Part shown: positions 57,617 through 64,000 of the stretch, one piece after another
Numbering within the stretch: the stretch's first letter is position 1
Layout: the number at the start of each line of letters is the position of its first letter
Source: a virus
Lineage: Duplodnaviria > Caudoviricetes
IMG/VR virus record: IMGVR_UViG_3300037483_000425
Coordinates: 12,686-76,685 of that record
DNA: 64,000 nucleotides
Strand: one strand, 5' to 3'
The notes under the pieces: model-generated
The model's input: only the letters and a program-made list of their open reading frames with translations
Told to the model about the DNA's origin: nothing
Databases searched by the model: none
Program-made: the position numbers and the translations under genes

Positions 57617-58150
57617 TTATATCATATGGTCCCAGAATATCTCATCATCCTGATTGACAAACCTTATTTTATCAAAAGTCAATGACCCAAATGGGATTTC
57701 AATGTCGTCTGGGAGCTTTTCATTTTCACTATAATACAACGATATATGAGCTTTGAATTTGGGATAATCCGAAGGTGGCGCTCCGCACTTCTGGATCCCT
57801 TTATCAATCTTCTTATATGCTTTACCCAATTCCTTAGAATCAAGCATGACAACCAAAGCGTCTCCCAGTCTCTCTAATCCAACCGCTTTGCACTTAAATT
57901 TTCCTAACTCTAAAGAATTAAGAAATGGGATAATTTCATCCAAATGCCTTTCCCCTTTCCACCAACGAATTGTGCAATGCATCTCGTCCGGTGACAAAAC
58001 CTTTGCACCTTTAGGAATCTTCAATGATTTTCTGAATTTTAATATTTTATCAATCGATCTTTTATCAGGATAGGCTGCGATCATTGATGTCGGCTGATCA
58101 GAATCTATCTTCTCAAAAAGAATCCGCATATATTCTCTCAATAACAACAC
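57617..58150 (-). CDS. 2H phosphoesterase (LigT/Acb1-like fold)
   Basis: Two Hx(T/S) motifs (MHCTI, AHISL); MLLLREYMRILFE N-terminus; TATTTA 5 nt upstream. Confidence 0.8.
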   Translation of the reverse strand: MLLLREYMRILFEKIDSDQPTSMIAAYPDKRSIDKILKFRKSLKIPKGAKVLSPDEMHCTIRWWKGERHLDEIIPFLNSLELGKFKCKAVGLERLGDALVVMLDSKELGKAYKKIDKGIQKCGAPPSDYPKFKAHISLYYSENEKLPDDIEIPFGSLTFDKIRFVNQDDEIFWDHMI

Positions 58151-58174
58151 ATAGATAAATAGGCTTATTAATAC

Positions 58175-58480
58175 CTATCTTCCAAAAAGAAGCCTGAATG
58201 CTATAAAGTCAAGCTTCTTTGAACAATCAAATGGTAGCGATAATGCGATTTCATTAGAACAAATAACTACCATTTCTTCCTCCGGAGTAAGTCCACAATA
58301 AGCCTTTAAGTCTTGTAATCTGTCCCATGAAAAGAACTTAAGCTTTGATTCAACCTGTCCTGTCGAGTGCCAATAGTAATAATACATAGAACCATTTTCG
58401 TCTATGTAAATTGGAATATTCAATCCAAATTTGGAAAGCAATCTATTTCTAATTCTTCTACCTAATTTTTGTTTAGTCAT
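58175..58480 (-). CDS. Small protein containing an MCP P-domain segment
   Basis: QDLKAYCGLTPEEEMVVICSNEIALSL versus MCP QDLNAFHSLDAEVELTKILSEQVALDI (11/27 identical); start ATG 58480 with GAGG SD. Confidence 0.7.
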   Translation of the reverse strand: MTKQKLGRRIRNRLLSKFGLNIPIYIDENGSMYYYYWHSTGQVESKLKFFSWDRLQDLKAYCGLTPEEEMVVICSNEIALSLPFDCSKKLDFIAFRLLFGR

Positions 58481-58512
58481 GTTTCCCCTCGGAATCATAG
58501 CTCTCTAACCAC

Positions 58513-59103
58513 TTAATGTAATGCTTGCCCCATTCTAGCCTCAAGTCCGCCATGATCTTCATGAAGCTTTTCAACAAGACTACGAATACTTCCACGCTCT
58601 AAAAGAATAGAGATTTCTTTCTCTAATGAGTCTATGTCCCCTAGTCTGCTCTTTAACTTGGTTGTTATCTCCATTTGAAGATCAGGCAACCCTGTTGCTT
58701 GCAATGTCAACATATATTTGGGCGTGTTTTTGTGGGCAAAGCGAAACCAAAACAATACATTAATATTTTAGATGTCACAATTCTAAAAGAGTTTATTTCA
58801 TGCCAAGGAAGGGTGTGGCGACCATATTTCTCATGAATATGAACAGGATAGCACTTGAAATTATTGATCTTTTCATGCTCAAAAATTTCTATCAGGCACA
58901 TAAATGATATTTCTCACATATTTTAAGTCAAAAGGGGAAGCATTGCTTCCCTTTTCTTTCATTAGCTCGCTTACAAGCACATTCCTTACAAACATAACGA
59001 TATCCTCCATTAGATTTGGTATCTTTCCTCCAATGATATTCTGTAAGATACTTGTTGTTTTACTACACGACCTGCATACTTGTTGCACCCTATTTTCTTC
59101 CAT
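58513..59103 (-). pseudogene. Apparently frameshifted/decayed gene region beginning with a split zinc ribbon
   Basis: TATAAT-N7-ATG start; CRSC in one frame and YHWRKD..YVCKEC in another; protein-like segments then alternate between frames. Confidence 0.4.
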
Positions 59104-59138
59104 AAAAATAATTATACAATATTTTATGCATAATATAC

Positions 59139-59169
59139 AAAAAAAAGGGAAGCTCTAATAGAGCTTCCC
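59139..59169 (-). terminator. Intrinsic terminator after the MCP gene
   Basis: GGGAAGCTCT-N3-AGAGCTTCCC followed by T8 on the minus strand. Confidence 0.85.
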
Positions 59170-59193
59170 CCTTTGTAAAATCTAATGTTTAGA

Positions 59194-61071
59194 TTAGATT
59201 ACGTTTAGATCAATGACCGTAACGGTGCCGTAAAAGTCGCTTCTGACCATTTTCTTGCCATAACGTGTCATGACGCCTTTACGAGGAGTAAAATCTTCCT
59301 GAGCAAAGATTGTTGGAGTAACAATCAATGGTACATACGGAGCGTACACATATCCAGTCTCAAGGTAGTTTCCGCCCTTGAATCCAACAAGGATCTTGTT
59401 ACGTGGGAAGTATGGGTCTTTGTAGACCGTCCAACGATTAGCCACGGTGCCGACGTTTTCTGCGCCGACTGCGAATGGCGTGGAGACCTGGCCGTTTCCG
59501 TCAATCTTGTAAGAGGTCTTGTAGAAAGCACTCTGTTCAAGGATTGTGGCAACGTCTGGACCGACAACAAGGAAGTTGGCAGATCCACGTAGGGTCTTCT
59601 TATGAATCTCATTAGAGACATCAGTGATGGTCTCAATAAGGGTTTCATACCATTCACGAACTGTGCCCGTGAATTGTGGACCAGTTGACAGCGTGCTAGC
59701 AAGCTGCACTTCATTACCAGTTTGCTTATTGACAAACTTACCAGGAGCACGGCTCCAGTAGTAGTTTGCACCATTCGCCTCGGTAAGAAGGTCATTAAGA
59801 ACCTCTCGGTCGATATCCAGAGCAACCTGCTCAGAAAGGATCTTGGTAAGCTCAACCTCAGCGTCAAGGCTGTGGAAGGCATTCAAGTCCTGAGCAAGCT
59901 CAGGGGACCAACGTGCTCTCAACTTACGTGTACTAGCAACGACGCTGATTTGCTCAATCTTGATATCAATCTCAGGGATTGCCGGAGATGGAGCATCGAT
60001 CGCGAAATCAGATTCGAATGCTGGAATGGTAAGAGTATCACCGTCTGTTCCGCCAACGTTCAAGGTGTCAGAAACCGCAGCAGATACGTGAATATCGGCA
60101 GTGGTTACACCAGGAACTGGTACGGTTCCGCCATTAGAAAGACGGATAACAAACTTAACGTGATCTCCACCAATCGCATCAGGAGTAAAGGTAGATCCAT
60201 TCCAATCACCGCGCTCATTCTGGCGACGAAGGTTTAGAACACCACGTCCACCCTGATAGTTCTCACCCCAAGCAACAACATTGCCATTGGAACCGAAGTC
60301 AAGAAGAGCGATTTGCTTCACTGCTTGAACATCGCCTGTTGGCAATGCAGATTGAATTGCTGAGACAGGAACGAACAAGAATGAATAATCAAGAAGATTA
60401 GCTTCAAGGTCGCGCTGAATATCAGCATCAAACATGACCAACTTAGCATTTGAACCGGAGAAGTCAGTGTTAGCCGCGACCGTACCGGAAACGACGAACG
60501 CATTATTAGCACCAGTAAATGCACCAAGGTTATCATTAGAGCTTGAAAGGGTAAGGGATCCGGTATGAACCTTTGTAAATCCTGTACCAACAAGGTCGTA
60601 TTGTCCACCAGTAGCGAGAGAGCCAGAACGGACTCCAGCGCCAACTGGGTTGTTATAGATGGAATCGCCAGAGGTATAAACGGTATCGGTTCCATCACCG
60701 CCTACGTTATTACCGTATGTGTAATCCAAGTAGAATAGCAATCCTGCTGGAAGGCTCATTGGCTGAATCGAGACAAGCTCATTTGCTACCAATCCACCGA
60801 ATACTCGGCGTACGATAGGAAATGCGACATTGCTGAAACCGCGGACCTGACCAGACGAGGTAAGTGCTGCCCCACCAGTTGAGAGACTGCTAGATTCTCG
60901 CAAAATCTCTGCTGCTTGGTTCTCAAGCAATCGAGACATGTTTTCACGATCGTAGCCGGTAAGACCACGAAGCAATCCTGTTCTGTGCCATTTGTCGACA
61001 AGGCGCTTAGCCTCGTGTCCTAAGTGGCGACCCCTAATATCTTCAGTTAATTTATCAAGTGAAAAAGACAT
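59194..61071 (-). CDS. Major capsid protein (T4 gp23-like) with a large insertion domain
   Basis: FPIVRRV..L.ANELVSIQPMS.P.GL.FYLD, RKLRARWS.ELAQDL, YAPYVPL, F.P.KG.MTRYG. Confidence 0.95.
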   Translation of the reverse strand: MSFSLDKLTEDIRGRHLGHEAKRLVDKWHRTGLLRGLTGYDRENMSRLLENQAAEILRESSSLSTGGAALTSSGQVRGFSNVAFPIVRRVFGGLVANELVSIQPMSLPAGLLFYLDYTYGNNVGGDGTDTVYTSGDSIYNNPVGAGVRSGSLATGGQYDLVGTGFTKVHTGSLTLSSSNDNLGAFTGANNAFVVSGTVAANTDFSGSNAKLVMFDADIQRDLEANLLDYSFLFVPVSAIQSALPTGDVQAVKQIALLDFGSNGNVVAWGENYQGGRGVLNLRRQNERGDWNGSTFTPDAIGGDHVKFVIRLSNGGTVPVPGVTTADIHVSAAVSDTLNVGGTDGDTLTIPAFESDFAIDAPSPAIPEIDIKIEQISVVASTRKLRARWSPELAQDLNAFHSLDAEVELTKILSEQVALDIDREVLNDLLTEANGANYYWSRAPGKFVNKQTGNEVQLASTLSTGPQFTGTVREWYETLIETITDVSNEIHKKTLRGSANFLVVGPDVATILEQSAFYKTSYKIDGNGQVSTPFAVGAENVGTVANRWTVYKDPYFPRNKILVGFKGGNYLETGYVYAPYVPLIVTPTIFAQEDFTPRKGVMTRYGKKMVRSDFYGTVTVIDLNVI

Positions 61072-61101
61072 TCTTTTTTCTCCAATTCAAGAATAAGTAG
61101 T

Positions 61102-63156
61102 TTACTCGTTTAGAAATCCTGCTAATTCTCCCCAACGAGAGAATTCTTTTTGTTCCCCTTCGGTCAAAGTAGAGCCTGGCTTGGTTGCCCTTGACGAACC
61201 GCCAAGGATTTGGCGACTCTGAACTCCCTCTTTAAGCTTCTTCTTTTGCTCTCCTTTGCCGGAAAGAACTTCGTTAAGTCCTGCAAAGAGTTTCTTTACT
61301 TCATTAATAGATTCCGCCTCATCTAAAGCCTCAATTATTGTGAGTCTCTGTTTCTTTGACAGATTTTCGTTTTGCAATAGTTTATTTGCATACACTAGCT
61401 TCGTATTGAAAAGATTGGTTTCGCGAAGCTGTTCATGTGATTCCTGCAAATCTCCGCGGAGCTTATTAAGCGCCACTTTGTAAGTTCTAAGAGATTCAAG
61501 CATTTCACGATTAAGCACTGCTTCATCGAGACTCGCTTCTTTTGACTCTTTTTCTTTCGCAGCCAATTCTGCGCCGCGCTTTTCTTGCGCCTTTCTTTCT
61601 TCATCAGACAAAGATTTCTTTAGTCGTCTTCCTCGTCCACCCATCTTTGCAGCGTGACGTGAGACACCCAATACTTCGTCTAATTCATCTTCCCCCTCTT
61701 TCACGGTGAATCCCGTTCCAAGAGGATCAAGTGTATTCAAATCTTCTTCATCAACGAAAAGCTCCTGCTTGGTATCGCCTCCACCGAAGTTATCCAAACT
61801 TCCAGGTCCGTTACCCCACTGCATTGCTTTCATTTTGTTCTCGGCCATTGCCGCGCGACGCTTCTTGAGACGCATTAACTCTTGCTTTAGTGCAACCTCA
61901 GAAATCTCAATGACTTCATCATCTTCGCTTTCGCCAATAGCTTGTGAGCGAGACATTCTTTGAGTGTCACCAGGACCCTCTTCAGGCTCTAACCAAGGGG
62001 CTCCGCCCAAATGCTCTCCGGTCTTTTGACCATCGAGATCTTTCTTTGGTCGTCTTCCTCGTCCACCCATTTTTTCAGCGTGACGAGAAACTCCTAATAC
62101 TTCATCAATCTCAGACTCGTAAACGTCTTCCATTTCCATTTCCATTTCTTCATCTCCACCCATTTCTAGGTCGTCTAAATCATCACCCATTTCTTCATCG
62201 GGCATTTCAAGTTCGTCTTCGCCAACGCTTACATCGGCCATGATTTCTCCTTCCATTTCTTCGGGAATCTCAGGCAATCCTTGAATAATAACCTTAAGTT
62301 CTGCTTCTGTTAGTGCGCCATGTTTATTCGCCATCTTATAAATCTCCTTAAAAATAACATTAACCTGTTTTGCAATTTGGTTGACCTTATTATTTTCTGC
62401 AACTTCTTGCAGTTCAGCCAATGCTTTATTGAGCACATGCGCCTCTTTCATTAGTCGGACGCATTCTTTTCCAAAAAACCTCTGTGCTTTTTTCGACAAT
62501 CCACTCTCAGAAATGATCTTGAACTGCCGAAACTTCTTGGCAAGAATATTCTTGCTCTCATTAATAAGTCTAACCTTTGATGGAACTAAAAGATTATTGG
62601 TAGCCTCATATAATTCTTCTAGCTTGCCCTCAATAATCTTAGCTGTGTCCTTCGGCATGACATTTTTCTTCTTATCTTCCTGAAGAGACTTGTATGTCTT
62701 TTCAAGTTCGCTTTTAACCTGGCGAAGCTTTTCTGAATATTTGACTTCGCTTAGATTTGACTCGTGAATTTTTTCTAATTTTTCAGCAATACGAAGAGCG
62801 CGAACACCATATTTCTCCGCCTTAGCTCCAGCAATCTCCGCTAAAGCCTCAACGGATTCACGCGTAAGCTCAACATCATCGTCAGGAGCCGCGTTCTCAT
62901 ATGTCATTCCAGTTTCTTTCTTATCTTCTTTTTGCTTCTTTTTTTGTAATTCCTTGTCCTTATCTTTCGGATCAATAATCACATCCTCGTCCATCCCCTC
63001 ATCCAATTCTACGCCCTCGCTTAAAAGCTCTCTCTCGATCATCCCCTTAATTGTGGGAGTAATCTGATCGATAATAGCCTTTTTAGCATTATTCTCAGCT
63101 ATTTCTCGTAGCTCTTTAGCATTCGCTAATGCTTCTTTATGTAATGCAGTAGACAA
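61102..63156 (-). CDS. Prohead core / scaffold protein
   Basis: Directly upstream of MCP; E/K-rich coiled coils, NLFNTKLVYANKL, SRWGELAG end; TTG start with AAGGA SD. Confidence 0.8.
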   Translation of the reverse strand: MSTALHKEALANAKELREIAENNAKKAIIDQITPTIKGMIERELLSEGVELDEGMDEDVIIDPKDKDKELQKKKQKEDKKETGMTYENAAPDDDVELTRESVEALAEIAGAKAEKYGVRALRIAEKLEKIHESNLSEVKYSEKLRQVKSELEKTYKSLQEDKKKNVMPKDTAKIIEGKLEELYEATNNLLVPSKVRLINESKNILAKKFRQFKIISESGLSKKAQRFFGKECVRLMKEAHVLNKALAELQEVAENNKVNQIAKQVNVIFKEIYKMANKHGALTEAELKVIIQGLPEIPEEMEGEIMADVSVGEDELEMPDEEMGDDLDDLEMGGDEEMEMEMEDVYESEIDEVLGVSRHAEKMGGRGRRPKKDLDGQKTGEHLGGAPWLEPEEGPGDTQRMSRSQAIGESEDDEVIEISEVALKQELMRLKKRRAAMAENKMKAMQWGNGPGSLDNFGGGDTKQELFVDEEDLNTLDPLGTGFTVKEGEDELDEVLGVSRHAAKMGGRGRRLKKSLSDEERKAQEKRGAELAAKEKESKEASLDEAVLNREMLESLRTYKVALNKLRGDLQESHEQLRETNLFNTKLVYANKLLQNENLSKKQRLTIIEALDEAESINEVKKLFAGLNEVLSGKGEQKKKLKEGVQSRQILGGSSRATKPGSTLTEGEQKEFSRWGELAGFLNE
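61615..62106 (-). repeat. Two copies of a 22-aa peptide in the scaffold (61615-61680 and 62041-62106)
   Basis: DEVLGVSRHAEKMGGRGRRPKK and DEVLGVSRHAAKMGGRGRRLKK. Confidence 0.9.
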
Positions 63157-63235
63157 GTCTAATCCTTCTATTCTTGAAATAAATAGTAACTCTCTTTCAA
63201 AAAAACATTAAACGACCAATTTTGAAAAAATAAAT

Positions 63236-63892
63236 TTAATAAAATAATGGAAATTGTTTTTCATATTCTTCTTCGCCCCAATCTTCTTTCCACTCTTGTT
63301 CCGGCTCTGGCTCCATTTCTCCATGTGTTCGATCCAATTCATCTTCATGTTTTGTCATTAGATCTCTCAAAGAAAAAACAGGCTTTAATGCTTCTTTGTC
63401 TTGTTTGAAGTTAAAACCGCTGCTCCAACCAAATTGCGTTCCACCTGGAATATTCGTGCCCCATTGGGTCTTCGCCCCATCGGGCTCGGATGAACGGCTC
63501 CTATTACGAAAAATGTCTTCTAATACCATTTTTACGCAATCCCGCACCAATGATTCGCCGGCCAAACCAACCGTTGAATCATCAAAGAAAGAAAAGGGAT
63601 CCCCTCCTTGTCTTGAAACATAATGAGGATCTGTCGATGTATGCACCCCAACCTTATTGGCAAATCTTTTCTGAGTCTCTGGGCCGAATTCAAACTCTTC
63701 TTCGTCGCCTTCGGCCGGAAGCTCATATAAATCATATGGAAACCCTGTTGCCGATATTGGCATGGGCTTCATCTTTCCATTTAGTTTTCCATATCCATGA
63801 CCCGTATTTGCATCCGGATTGGCACCACGTAAATAATTCCCAGGATAATTATTCAAAGGAACCGTTGCACCATGTTCTTTCAATTTCGCCAC
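63236..63892 (-). CDS. Late hypothetical protein, probably head-associated
   Basis: TAGTTA 5 nt before the GTG; internal ESLVRDCVKMVLE motif. Confidence 0.7.
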   Translation of the reverse strand: MAKLKEHGATVPLNNYPGNYLRGANPDANTGHGYGKLNGKMKPMPISATGFPYDLYELPAEGDEEEFEFGPETQKRFANKVGVHTSTDPHYVSRQGGDPFSFFDDSTVGLAGESLVRDCVKMVLEDIFRNRSRSSEPDGAKTQWGTNIPGGTQFGWSSGFNFKQDKEALKPVFSLRDLMTKHEDELDRTHGEMEPEPEQEWKEDWGEEEYEKQFPLFY

Positions 63893-63908
63893 GTAAATAA
63901 CTATATTA

Positions 63909-63939
63909 CAAAAAATAAAGCCCGAATAAATCGGGCTTT
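63909..63939 (-). terminator. Intrinsic terminator
   Basis: AAAGCCCGA-N5-TCGGGCTTT with a T-rich tail on the minus strand. Confidence 0.7.
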
Positions 63940-64000
63940 CTAAATAAGATCAAAATAAAATATTATGAACTTGATTTCCCTGGCAATAATTTGTCAAATT

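Noticed and set aside
1685-63900. Numerous antisense or nested ORFs in the track (e.g. 1685-2017, 6457-6885, 16014-16391, 59325-59882, 63490-63900)
   Set aside because: They overlap well-supported genes, lack start signals and motifs, and look like shadow frames.
1-64000. Stop-codon reassignment, as in some huge phages
   Set aside because: Long genes are intact in code 11, and TAA, TAG and TGA all occur at sensible gene ends.
1-64000. CRISPR array or canonical tRNA genes
   Set aside because: No regularly spaced repeat-spacer series and no cloverleaf recognised by eye; tRNAscan-SE/ARAGORN would confirm.
63941-64000. 3' end of another minus-strand gene (…FDKLLPGKSSS stop)
   Set aside because: Too little sequence to annotate.

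Overview
This window is a 64-kb piece of a large (jumbo/huge) contractile-tailed phage genome, almost entirely on the minus strand and read in the standard genetic code. Left part (1-32 kb): accessory, nucleotide-metabolism and replication genes, including a SOD-like protein, DHH phosphoesterase, adenine MTase plus PD-(D/E)xK nuclease, IMPDH/GMP reductase with a LAGLIDADG intein, two NAD-dependent epimerases, DnaE with a mini-intein, class II RNR, DnaB/gp41 helicase, 5'-3' exonuclease, dUTPase, RecA/UvsX, gp32-like SSB and a stand-alone PolA polymerase domain. Right part (32-64 kb): a T4-like virion module with baseplate, tape measure, tail chaperone, tube, two sheaths, neck, major capsid protein (MCP) and scaffold. 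Two promoter-like hexamers recur: TANTTA before virion genes and TATAAT-like boxes before early/accessory genes. Both often sit only 5-7 nt before the start codon, which implies leaderless mRNAs. Best candidate for a new system: a dispersed family of small, mostly early-type genes that are stand-alone fragments of the phage's own virion proteins (whole MCP insertion domain, an MCP P-domain segment, the scaffold C-terminal SRWxxLAG motif, the sheath C-terminal strand), most starting with a shared M-[KEN]-L-[DN]-[NQ]-[IV] tag. These may be structural-protein mimics or decoys. A second signal, an N-terminal L-R-x-[YF]-I...L-x-E capsid-targeting-like motif, marks late-expressed cargo enzymes (2H phosphoesterase, HExxH protease, possibly the SOD-like protein). 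All homology calls come from motif recognition and manual in-window alignment; no database search was run.
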